DNA from: Eledone cirrhosa
Lineage: Eukaryota
Direction: 5' to 3'
Assembly (NCBI GenBank): GCA_964016885.1
Contig: OZ024746.1
Span: 36,270,001 to 36,334,000 of the forward strand
Length of the DNA: 64,000 nucleotides
Part shown: piece by piece, positions 44,634 through 58,126 of the stretch
Position numbering within the stretch: position 1 is the stretch's first letter
Layout: every line of letters begins with the position of its first letter
Program-made: the position numbers and the translations under genes
Notes under the pieces: model-generated
Seen by the model: only the letters and a program-made list of their open reading frames with translations
What the model was told of the DNA's origin: nothing
Databases searched by the model: none

Positions 44634-45115
44634 GAAAGAGATAGTGGGCTAAACAATGGAAATTGGACTGTAAGATGAGGCATCGAAAATTAGATGTAAG
44701 TTACGTGGTAATCTGTGATTTGTTTTTTTTTATTTTTTGTTGTTCTTTCGTTGTTCTTTTCAAATTACCATTTAAAAAAACCTTGAAACCCACTTCGAAA
44801 ACATTTAAATCAAAATCAAAGACAGGAAATTGGAACAATATCCACTGAAAGTTCATTAAAACCCGAGAAGACACTTTTAGGTGCCGAACTATTGTACAGA
44901 TAAAATAACAGAAAATTAACAGGCAACCTACTTTTGCTTTTTATTACCTCATCTTACAGTCCATTTTGCATCGTTCAGCTTTCTATCTCTTCGAGGTTAT
45001 ATATTATATACAATGCTTCAAGCAACCTAAATCAATTTGGAGATATAAAAGATACAGAAGCGAAAACAAACCAAACAGTGAGTGTGTTGTGTTATTAATT
45101 CTGATGAATAGATAG

Positions 45116-45155
<40 letters not shown>

Positions 45156-45157
<2 letters not shown>

Positions 45158-45580
45158 TAGGAGGTGAGTTTTATTGTAGTACAATAAAGCAATGCAGATA
45201 TCGGATAAGAAGCACTCTACAGTTTGTAGGACTGGAGTATACATAATATATAAGATCAAAAGATGGTTAAAGGAGTTCCATGTATTTTATTATGCGCATT
45301 TCAAAAACAAACATCATCATGCAATAATATTTGTGTTTTCATCAGATAAAACAGGAGAACATGATATGAAGGCTAAAAAACACTTGTGGGTAGTGCAGTT
45401 TTAAATCAACATATCATATTATGTTGATTTAAAACTGCACTATCCACAAGTGTTTTTTAGCCTTCATATCATGTTCTCCTGTTTTATCTGATGAAAACAC
45501 AAATATTATTGCATGATGATGTTTGTTTTTGAAATGCGCATAATAAAATACATGGAACTCCTTTAACCATCTTTTGATCT

Positions 45581-45590
<10 letters not shown>
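45156..45590. mobile_element. PLE family B terminus with near-perfect fold-back
   Basis: Arms 45243-45413 and 45420-45590. Homologous to 16478-16733. Confidence 0.85.
45482..45548 (+). ncRNA. Type I hammerhead; mirror copy at 45285-45351 on the minus strand
   Basis: TTTTAT-CTGATGA-long stem II-GAAA-TGCGCA-TA-ATAAAA. Perfect 6-bp stem I, palindromic stem III. Confidence 0.8.
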
Positions 45591-45634
<44 letters not shown>

Positions 45635-45707
45635 TTCGTTTCTTATTGGCAACATGAACCTCCCGAAGTATAACAATATTTATATATATATATATATATA
45701 TATATAC

Positions 45708-48333
45708 AGCTCGACTTCTTTCTCTCCTTCTTCTGCCCCTTCCACCCCTCCCTCCACTTCACCACCTCTATCTCCACCACCCACGTCCACTTCTTAGACA
45801 TCACCGTCACCTTCAACCCCTCCCATCACTCCCTCGTCACATCCGCCTTCTTCAAACCCACCGACTCCCACTCTTAGCTCGACTTCACCTCTTGCAACCC
45901 CACCCACACTAAACACTCCATTCCCTACTCTCAACTTTTCAGAATCCGCCGTCTCTGTAGCCGAGATGCTGACTTTGAGTCCCAGGTCCTTTCCCTAGTC
46001 AGCCATTTCATCCGCAGAGGTTACCCCCCCCCCCCCATATCTCATCCACACCGCTCTCACCCGCGCCCGTTCTGTCCCCCGCTCCACCACCCTCACCCCA
46101 CGCCACCGCGCACCCACCCACCATCTCCCATTCCCCATCACCTACCACCCCTCCACCTTACCCCTCCACCGCACCATCCGCCGCCTCTTGCGACGCCTCA
46201 AGTCCGACCCCTCCACCTCCCACATCTTCCCAACCCCACCACTCCCCTCCTTCAAACGCGCACGCAATCTCCGCACCCTCCTCGTCCACAGCTCCCTACC
46301 CCCCAACCCACGCTCCGTTACCCCCCCCCCGGTTCCTTTCCCTGTTCTAGGCCCCGCTGCAACACCTGTCCCCACATCACCAACACCACCACCTTCCAGG
46401 GTCTCAACGGCCACTCTCTCTCTGTCCGGCATGCCTTCCGCTGCACCTCCTCCAACCTACTTCTCTCGGACAGACGGGACGTCGCCTGGCGGACCAATTC
46501 ACTGAGCACCTCCAGGATATTCGTCTCGGGGGTAGTTTCCCCATCGCCCGCCACTTTGGTAGCCCTGGACATTCCGCACGCCATCTCACAGTCTGTGGCC
46601 TACTCCAGTGCCACGGAACACCCGCCAATCGCCTTAGGCTCGAACAACGAACTATCTTAATCTTACAGACCCACACTCCCGCCGGCCTGAACTCCCCACC
46701 CTTATTCATTTAGCCTTCGACCGCCTCCATCCCCCCACACTTATCCCCCACTAACACCACTAACACACCCCTACTTTTCACCGCCCACCCCACAACTAAC
46801 GATACTGAACACCTACACTCAACCCCTCATCTGACCACCCTTCCCCAACTAACATACTAACATCCCTCCCTCCTTCCTCCCCCCTCCTTATCACACGCAC
46901 ACACCCACCGGCACATATATACACGCGCTCACACTAAACACACACCCTACTACCACCACTAACCCTCATCCTCCACACCTCTCACCCCCACACCTCCATC
47001 CCTCCACCCCGCAACTAACCTCACTAACACCCCCTAACCCCAAGCACACGAACACACGCACCCACTTACACCCCCCACCCCACACGCAACTAACATCACT
47101 AACACCCCCCGACCCCACGCACACGTACCCACACACCCTCGTACACCACCAACTCTACACACCCTACCACCACTAACCCCCACTCACACCTGCATTCAAC
47201 CCCTCCCCACCTCCCGTATACTAACACCCACTAACACCCCTTCATCAAACTACACACGCACCAGTACACCACACTCCCTCCATAGAACCACACACAACCT
47301 TCTCTCCCCGCTCCACCCACACCCTCGCTCCACACTCACTCATCCCACCAACACCTCTACTAATACACACACACACCCTCCTCACTCCAACTTTCACACC
47401 TACTCATCCTCGCCCCTTTACCATTCCAACAAATGCTGCTATGCCCTCTGACCACCTCCCAGCACAAACAGACACACAGCACTCCCACTGCTTGACCACT
47501 TCCTGTTGCGCGCGCACCCCACATCTCTCCTCTTCCGACCATCGCTTCATGGAATACTCGCACGCAGAAATTGACCACCACAGAATCCACTAAACACCTT
47601 TGGATTTTACCAACTTTTCAACCATCCTCTTACTTAATCACCTATATAACTCACCCACACACACACACACCAAAAACATTTTTTCTCCACACGCCACCTA
47701 CACCCACAACACGCTTGAACCCCACATACACGTGCTTTCCACCACATATTTACACCCTCAGCCTCCTGATTCCTCTCCCTCCACCCCTCTATCCACACAC
47801 GCACATACACTACGACCCCCCCCCCGCCCCCACACACACACCTCTTCCTGAACATGCAACCCCGTTCTTCCCCCAACCCTAGCTTTCACATACACACACA
47901 CACACACACGTACACCTACACACACACACCACCTTCAGCCCTCTCCGCTCGGACACCCCGTCTCCCTCTCCCCACTCCACCCGCCACCACCCCTACACAC
48001 CCCACACCAATCCACCACCTGTGTTACTCCCCTTTTAATTTCAGTTTATTTTGATCATGCTTTTATATTTAAATTTATCTCATTCCTTGTATTTTGATCA
48101 TGCTTTATTTTTATTTTTATTTTTATTTTTTTCATTCGCACCGTTTCCTTTCGCTATATGTCTCTCCACCACTCCCCTACACACCCTTTGAACTCTGTTC
48201 CCACACACTTCTCACCTGAGGCAGGGCTTATGCCCGAAACGTCGTCCCCCATCAACACCCCACTCTCCAGAGCGTGAAATTAATAAGCATTCGTTGTACT
48301 GTCTCTCTGTTTTGTCCCTGTTGAAATTTGTCC

Positions 48334-48336
<3 letters not shown>
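45708..48336 (+). mobile_element. C-rich Neptune-like PLE, 5'-truncated and decayed
   Basis: HFLDITV, FKPTDSHS*LDFTSC..SIPYSQLFRIRRLCS, FKRARNLRTLLVHS, FRCTSSNL; EN C-terminus ..RLEQRTILILQTHTPAGLN to ~46710. Long CA-rich UTR, HHR, (TA)n end. Confidence 0.85.
48214..48245 (+). ncRNA. Minimal hammerhead (A9 mutated to C)
   Basis: AC-CTGAGGC-A-GGGC ttat GCCC-GAAA-CG-TC-GT. Confidence 0.65.
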
Positions 48337-48430
<94 letters not shown>

Positions 48431-49395
48431 TGAAATTTCCGTTGGAAACAGAAAAGGTCATGGAAATGAAGAGTGTTCTATGTAAGTATCAGAGCAAAAT
48501 TTAATGTATAAAAATCAATACAATATAATTACCTCATTACCAGAGGTTTCCCGAATGAGGCGAATACGAAATAAACGACTTCATTCGTTCGTCAGACGAG
48601 GCAATATAAAACATGGGTAAATACTTAGAAAAACTCATCAAGAAAATCAAAAAAAGATATAGATAAATGAAATAGAAATTGAAATATATAAAAATCTATC
48701 AAGAAATATAGTTAGGTGTGTGTACATGTATGTGTATACGCTCACAGATGTGCATATGTGTATATGCGCACATGTATATGTATAGTGAGAAAGTGTGCGT
48801 ATTTCTAAAATTTAGGGCAACTGTATCTATATGTCTGTAATATACAGACAGAAATGGTTACATCATAAATATATGAATATGAAGGCGCGCGCATAAAACG
48901 CCTGCACACTCGTACACTTAGATGCGGAAAGAAAGGAGTTAAGGGAGTGTAATAATTAAAAGAAAAGTATCAGTCTCGATATATTTATAAAAATATAATA
49001 ACGATAAATTAGAAAGAAAAATATATTTTTAGAAAGAAAAAATTAAAGAAAAGAAGATAAAAAAGGGGTACATACATACACAGACACGCATGTCTCACAA
49101 AAGAAATGTAAGAATAATTATGCTTATATACACACGCGCACTTACACATCCATACGTTCGATACGTCCATACACACACACACACACACATACTTATACTC
49201 ACGCATATAAACCTGTTTGCATCCCCACGCATGAAATTGAGTAAGTAAAAAAGGGGAAAGGGGGGGGGGAGAAGAAAAAAGGAACAAAACATAAAACCGA
49301 GATGTCAAAAACACGGATATAAAGACATGTACACATACGCATAATATATACATACACACACACACAATCACACGTACACACACATATATATACAC

Positions 49396-49456
<61 letters not shown>

Positions 49457-49859
49457 CATACACGCACGCGCGCGCACATACGTAGTCACTCATGTACATA
49501 TATAAAAAAGTATACACACATAGAGGCGTTCAGCCATATTGATACAGGGTGTAAAAACTTGTGGATAAATAAGTACAAATATAAAATTGTAAGATAGGCT
49601 GCGCAAAAATAAAATTAAAATAAGAATAAAAATGAAAATGAAAAATATATCTGGATGGAAAAACACAAAAGACATGTGTAATCAGTTAGTGGAGGAAAAA
49701 GGGAAGTAAAAGAAGGGGAAGTAAAAAATAGAAAGTGAATCGGAGAATAAGGGGGGGGGGATGTGAAGTAAAAATAAAAGTAAAAATAAATGAAATTATT
49801 GACAAGGATAAAAATGAAAGTAAGTCAGAAAGGGTAATTAAAAAGAGAATAATAAGAGT

Positions 49860-51182
49860 TTATGGAGGATAAGTATCTGAAAGTGTGTTAAGTTTATATG
49901 AGCTGGAAAGCAGATGTGATTTCATGTGTGGGCAACTGGTGAAAATTCCCGTCTTTGTGTTCAGGTAGGTCTTTGGTGATTTTAGATTTTGCAATATCCA
50001 AAATTTTTCATTTATGCAGAGCGTGCATTTTCTTGTTCCTCTAGCATATTTTTTAGATTGGTTCAAAATTGACCAATCTAGTTTATATTGGATGCCTTGG
50101 TCTTTCAAATCCCAAATTCTGCTAGCCAGTGCTGTTGTAAATCTTTTTTTCTGGATGTCGAAAGGATGCGACATGTGAGTAATAACGCGTTTTGAATCTG
50201 TCTTGCGTCATACCCACATATCGTTCACTGGTGGCTGGATGGTTGTTGCTGATGGCTGTCACATTAGCCGCATATACAATGGCTTTGGTGTTGCATTTAC
50301 CTTGTAATGGGCATTCACTTTTGATTCTACAGGAGCAAGTTTGATTTTCTCTAGGTGATATTTTGTTGAGGATATAGGACTTAATAGGGGGACCGCAAGA
50401 ATAGCTAATTTTAACACATTTTCTGTTAAAGATCTTATAGTATCTATGTGTTCTAGGGAAATGTTTATCTAAGATTTCTAGGAATTGTTTGCCTACATTA
50501 GTTTTAACTGCTAGAGAGTAGGGAGGTGTGAACCAGATTATTTTTCTTTTCCTATTTTTATCTTTAATAGAGTTAGTGTTGTTAGGTATGTATTTAATCG
50601 GTTCGCTAAAGCCGCTATTTTGGAGGGCTTTATTATAGTAGGGGGATGCCTTATTAAAAATAGCTTCTGAGGAAGAGAGGGTGGAGATCCTACGGCTAAT
50701 ATTAGGGATAAGGTTTTTAAAAACTATAGGTGGATGGCAAGATCCTTTATTTATATATTTTAAGTTTTCATTAGGTTTATGGTATGGTTTATAAGAAGCA
50801 GTAGGCACATCTAGGTTTATATCTAGGAAATCTACGTTGGAAAGGTTAGTGTCAATAGTAATTTTAAGATTAAAACTAGCGAAGGTTTTTATTAAGTCTT
50901 TCCTTAATCTATCTAAGTTATGTCCTATGGTGGTATGGGAAAGTATTAGACCATCATCTCGATAAAGCCCCAAAATATGGTTAGGAAATTTTTCTTTAAG
51001 TGTATGTAAGAGGAATAGACCGACCAGATCACAAACCTCGGCACTGTCATAAGAGCCCATAGAGACATCGAATGGGTTCTCTGGGTTAGATATTTTTACC
51101 CAAGTGTCATTATCATTAAAAAGTAGAGTGTTCCTAGCATGCAAGATGACATTCTCTTCAATATCGGAGATATTAGTGAACC
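49860..51182 (-). pseudogene. PLE RT (YRDD) plus GIY-YIG, left arm, frameshift near 50145
   Basis: FDVSMGSYDSAEV, GLYRDDGL, DFLDI, IIWFTPPYS, CSCRIKSECPLQGKC, IVYAA..YVGMT..FKTRYYSH. Confidence 0.9.
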
Positions 51183-51185
51183 TAT

Positions 51186-52622
51186 TGGTTTAATAATATT
51201 AAAAACAAAATCAGTTCTAGATTCACCCAATTTGACATTGTAGATTTCTACCCATCTATTACACAGACCCTTTTAGTGAAAGCTTTAAATTTCGCTAGAG
51301 GGTTCACTAATATCTCCGATATTGAAGAGAATGTCATCTTGCATGCTAGGAACACTCTACTTTTTAATGATAATGACACTTGGGTAAAAATATCTAACCC
51401 AGAGAACCCATTCGATGTCTCTATGGGCTCTTATGACAGTGCCGAGGTTTGTGATCTGGTCGGCCTATTCCTCTTACATACACTTAAAGAAAAATTTCCT
51501 AACTATATTTTTGGGCTTTATCGCGATGATGGTCTAATACTTTCCCATACCACCATAGGCCATAACTTAGATAGATTAAGGAAAGACTTAATAAAAACCT
51601 TCGCTAGTTTTAATCTTAAAATTACTATTGACACTAACCTTTCCAACGTAGATTTCCTAGATATAAACCTAGATTTGCCTACTGCTTCTTATAAACCATA
51701 CCATAAACCTAATGAAAACTTAAAATATATAAATAAAGGATCTTGCCATCCACCTATAGTTTTTAAAAACCTTATCCCTAATATTAGCCGTAGGATCTCC
51801 ACCCTCTCTTCCTCAGAAGCTATTTTTAATAAGGCATCCCCCTACTATAATAAAGCCCTCCAAAATAGCGGCTTTAGCGAACCGATTAAATACATACATA
51901 ACTACACTAACTCTATTAAACATAAAAATAGGAATAGAAAAATAATCTGGTTCACACACCCCTACTCTCTAGCAGTTAAAACTAATGTAGGCAAACAATT
52001 CCTAGAACTCCTAGATAAACATTTCCCTTGAACACATAGATACTATAAGATCTTTAACAGAAACTGTGTTAAAATTAGCTATTCCTGCGGTCCCCCTATT
52101 AAGTCCTATATCCTCAAAAAAATATCACCTAGAGAAAATCAAACTTGCTCCTGTAGAATCAAAAGTGAATGCCCATTACAAGGTAAATGCAACACCAAAG
52201 CCATTGTATATGCGGCTAATGTGACAACCATCAGCAACAACCATCCAGCCACCAGTGAACGATATGTGGGTATGACGCAAGACAGATTCAAAACGCGTTA
52301 TTACTCACATGTCGCATCCTTTCGACATCCAGAAAAAAAATTTACAACAGCTCTGGCTAGCAGAATTTGGGATTTGAAAGACCAAGGCATCCAATATAAA
52401 CTAGATTGGTCAATTTTGAACCAATCCAAAAAATATGCTAGAGGAACAAGAAAATTCACGCTCTGCATAAATGAAAAATTTTGGATATTGCAAAATCTAA
52501 AATCACCAAAGACCTGCCTGAACACAAAGACGGAAATTTTCACCAGTTGCCCACACATGAAATCACACCTGCTTTCCAGCTCATATAAACTTAACACACT
52601 TTCAGACACTTATCCTCCATAA
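51186..52622 (+). pseudogene. PLE RT plus GIY-YIG, right arm, nonsense at 52029
   Basis: Starts WFNNIKNKISSRFTQFDIVDFYPSI. TGA at 52029 corresponds to AGA in the left arm. Confidence 0.9.
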
Positions 52623-53013
52623 ACTCTTATTATTCTCTTTTTAATTACCCTTTCTGACTTACTTTCATTTTTATCCTTGTCAATAATTTCATTTATTTTT
52701 ACTTTTACTTCACCCCGCCCCCCTTTATTCTCCGATTCACTTTCTATTTTTTACTTCCCCTTCTTTTACTTCCCTTTTTCCTCCACTAACTGATTATACA
52801 TGTCTTTTGTGTTTTTCAATCCAGATATATTTTTCATTTTCATTTTTATTTTAATTTTAATTTTATTTTTGCGCAGCCTATCTTACAATTTTATATTTGT
52901 ACTTATTTATCCACAAGTTTTTACACCCTGTATCAATATGGCTGAATGGCTTAATGTGTGTATACTTTTTATATATGTACATGAGTGACTACGTATGTGC
53001 GCGCGCGTGCGTG

Positions 53014-53066
<53 letters not shown>

Positions 53067-53854
53067 ATATATATGTGTGTGTACGTGTGTTTGTGTGTGT
53101 ATGTATATATTATGCGTATGTGTACGTGTCTTTATATCCGTGTTTTTGACATCTCGGTTTTATGTTTTGTTCCTTTTTTCTTCTCCCCCCCCCCCCTCCT
53201 CCTTTCCCTCTTTTTGCTTACTCAGTTTCATGCGTGGGCATGCAAACAGGTTTATATGCGTGAGTATAAGTATGTGGGTGTGTGTGTGTGTATGGACGTA
53301 TCGAACGTATGGATGTGTAAGTGCGCGTGTGTATATAAGCATAATTATTCTTACATTTCTTTTGTGAGACATGCGTGTCTGTGTATGTATGTACCCCTTT
53401 TTTGCCTTCTTTTCCTTAATTTTTTCTTTCTGAAAATATTTTTTCTTTCTAATTTATCGTTATTATATTTTTATAAATATATCGAGACTGATACTTTTCT
53501 TTTAATTATTACACTCCCTTACCTCCTTTCTTTCCGCATCTAAGTGTACGAGTGTGCAGGCGTTTTATGCGCGCGCCTTCATATTCATATATTTATGATG
53601 TAACCATTTCTGTCTGTATATTACAGACATATAGATACATTGCCCCAAATTTTAGAAATACGCACACTTTTTCACTATACATATACATGTGCGCATATAC
53701 ATATATGCACATCTGTGAGCCTATACACATACATATACACACACCTAACTATATTTCTTGATAGATTTTTATATATTTCAATTTCTATTTCATTTATCTA
53801 TATCTTTTTTTGATTTTCTTGATGAGTTTTTCTAAGTATTTACCCATGTTTTAT

Positions 53855-53932
53855 ATTGCCTCGTCTGACGAACGAATGAAGTCGTTTATTTCGTATTCGC
53901 CTCATTCGGGAAACCTCTGGTAATGAGGTAAT
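53855..53932 (+). ncRNA. Canonical type I hammerhead; mirror copy at 48528-48605 on the minus strand
   Basis: ATTGCCTCGT-CTGACGA-A-CGAATGA..TCATTCG-G-GAAA-CC tct GG-TA-ATGAGGTAAT. 10-bp stem I, GUA site. Confidence 0.88.
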
Positions 53933-53954
53933 TATATTGTATTGATTTTTATAC

Positions 53955-54031
<77 letters not shown>

Positions 54032-55700
54032 CTATCTATTCATCGCCCTCTCTCTGGGATTATAGTAAGATTATTGCGTCGTTTAACTTTATTACGTATT
54101 AATTATTTAGCTAATGATTTAATCATCTATTCTATCATCAGTGCACGAAACGGCACTTAAATGAAATCTGACTACATTGTTTCTTTATATTTATTCATGA
54201 TTATTCCCTACATGAGATGGAATATAGACATATCATCATTTCATACTAAACTATTCACTTCTGATAAAATACTTATAATTTATATCATGTATTATGTTAA
54301 ATATATTGTAAGCATGGAATTAGATCACGTCTTGTTGAATCTATGATTCTTTTTCAAAGATTTAATCAGAAGTTAATCCAAGATTCAATAGGAAACCCGT
54401 AATATAAGTTTTCATTATATATTTACAATTCATCGCAAGTGAGAAAAATGCTAACGATGTTTTAGGAGCATTCAGAATATTAGACATTTTTAAAACACTG
54501 TGTACATTATTTCGACTAGGAAGTTTCAACTGCCTTATTCCATTAATGCTATGACACGACTTTGTCACGTTAATTTACAATAATACAAAATTATGCTACT
54601 GAACTATGAAATATCTCAATCATTTCTTCTTCAGAATTTTTTATTTTATCTAACACACGCAGAATATTGATGGTATTTTAGTGACCCCGAAACTATGAAG
54701 TGCGAGGAAGCACCAAGCAATTTGATCGATATTTCAAGAGAACATTACGGCTGGGATGTTGATACATCCCTCTTTTCCTGCTACCAATCATCATCAACAT
54801 CGTTTAAGTAAACTAATCATATTGTAGAAACCTGGTAATTATAGTCATTAAAGTATTTGTCTAACACGTGAATGTCAACGATTGCGGAAGTATGAAACGC
54901 GACAGCGACTTTAATTTTTAAATAGAAGGTAATGAAATGTACTTAAATATCGCGTAGCGTTTTGTAGGTCGATTTAATTACATTGTAGTTTCTGCAAAAA
55001 TAATAAATTATTTTATTTTCAGAAATGATATTCAGTGGTGGTTAAACGGTGTATGGTTTGTCCGATTATATCAGAATGCCGTATGGTTTCAATACGTGAA
55101 TGAAACAAATATATATAGAGCAAGAATGAGGGCTAAAGAACCTACCATATTCTTATTTATGTAGCCAGCGAAATATGATAAATTGCGACGTTGAAACCCA
55201 TGGCTCAATTAAAGCTGGAATCTGTATTGCTACATCCTAACCAGTTAATATTGGGGCCCTGAGGCTATGAAACACATTTCCGTCTTATTCAGGTATCATA
55301 AAACTAGATCATCCAGCGTCTAAGATATTTTAAATGTGAAGGTATTTGTGGTAGATTATTTTTTTAACAAACCGTGTGGCCTCGTATAGTCTAAATTTAT
55401 ATATATTTATGTACATATATACATATATATTATATCCTAATTTCTACGTACAACACACATGTTTTGCAGATGCTTCGAGTGAGTAGATAGCCGCCAGGAT
55501 TATAAACAGAGGGCTTCGTTAAACTTTACACATATATATATATTTGAAAAAAGGAATGGTATGAATTCAATTGTAGTTCTAATCAATTTAATATTATAAT
55601 ATTATTAAACTAATTTTTTTAGAACTACAGTGAATTCATTCTTTTTCCTTTTTTCAAATATAACTAACTGTACCAACGATTTCACAAATGTTCCAATATG

Positions 55701-55734
<34 letters not shown>

Positions 55735-55819
55735 TAAACATAAGTGTGTGTTTCTGCGAGTGTGTGTGTGTGTATGTGTGTGTGTGTGTGTGCATGTGTG
55801 TGTGTGGGTGTGTGTGTGT

Positions 55820-55900
<81 letters not shown>

Positions 55901-56446
55901 TGTGTGTGTGTGTGTGTGTGTATCAGAAGAAGTAAAAGTGATGAAAGAAGAGCTTTATTTAAGAAATAATGACATGGATAATATAGAAATACTTCTTTTA
56001 TCACCCATCCTTTGCAGTTGTCATTAGATTCGATGACTGCTTCTATACGAGCTCTGAATCATTCTGATGTGCAAACCAGATGATAACTATCTATGGTTGA
56101 CATTTTGCTAGTTTGGGGAGTGTTAATCGAATTCGCGATTGTCTATACATACAAATCATTTTGTAAATATTGCAACGATAAAACGATTCATAATTCTGTA
56201 CAATTCAGATGTATTTTCTCCTTGCTGATGAAACAGTAGGAATATTTGTGAGCCCTTTAAGCCTTATGTTGCTTAACGAAAAATCTATATGTAGATGCTT
56301 GTGAAGATTACTTGGGTTAAATTACTTTATTGGAAGTTTTCCTTTTGGATTGAGTACACGATATACTTAGCATAATTTTATAGAATAATAGTTGAAGTTA
56401 AATTATATCACAGCTTGTTACGCCCATAATATATTGTTACACATTC

Positions 56447-56580
56447 GTGACATCATCAGTGGTACTGTTATCTTTCCTCCCTTTGCATTTCAATGCCTAC
56501 GCCCAGAAATGTCGTAGGAATTGTATAATGGGAGGAAACATAATAGTACCACTGATGATGTCACAGATGTGTGGCGAAAT
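56447..56580. repeat. Imperfect hairpin with partial HHR core at 56552-56579
   Basis: GTGACATCATCAGTGGTAC / GTACCACTGATGATGTCAC arms. CTGATGA-T-GTCACA gatg TGTGGC-GAAA is present, but stems I and III are unconvincing. Confidence 0.6.
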
Positions 56581-56644
56581 AACTTAGCTAGACTATCTCT
56601 ATATATATATCTATATATCTATATATCTGTATATCTATATATCT

Positions 56645-57565
<921 letters not shown>

Positions 57566-57576
57566 ATATATATATA

Positions 57577-57656
57577 ATCGTAAGGTTGTGAGTTCGATTC
57601 CTGGACCAGGTGATGCGTTATGTCCTTGAGCAAGACACTTTATTTCACGTTGCTCC
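57577..57656 (+). mobile_element. Fragment of a second tRNA-derived SINE family
   Basis: B-box GAGTTCGATTCC followed by TGTCCTTGAGCAAGACACTT. Confidence 0.6.
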
Positions 57657-57752
57657 TTCTACCTGGAGTTGCGACCGATAGATAGTATTAGCAATTGGAA
57701 AGACCAACGGAAACATTGTTCCCTCGGTCCGATTTGACGAAAGTCGATCGTT

Positions 57753-57801
<49 letters not shown>

Positions 57802-57973
57802 GTACTTTTAACCGTTGGTCAATCAATGATAAACATTGATTGCCAGATAAATTAACTATGGAAATATAAAATATACAGAAGCGAAAACCAATCCCAACCA
57901 AACAGTGAGTGTACTCTGTTGTTATTTCTGTCAACAATATAACAATATGACCCTCCCCAAATATAATAACATA

Positions 57974-58036
<63 letters not shown>

Positions 58037-58062
58037 TACTTATGTACACACACACATTCACT

Positions 58063-58094
<32 letters not shown>

Positions 58095-58095
58095 C

Positions 58096-58122
<27 letters not shown>

Positions 58123-58126
<4 letters not shown>

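Larger units (their letters stand above)
48502..53958. mobile_element. Head-to-head pair of 5'-truncated PLE copies forming a ~5.4-kb palindrome
   Basis: 48502-51182 is the reverse complement of 51301-53958 with few substitutions. Spacer 51183-51300 is extra RT sequence of the right copy. Confidence 0.92.

Noticed and set aside
44862-44900. CCGAGAA..GAAC HHR-like string
   Set aside because: Several core deviations and no convincing stem I.
52029-52031. In-frame TGA in the right palindrome arm as recoding
   Set aside because: The left arm has AGA at this codon; ordinary nonsense mutation.
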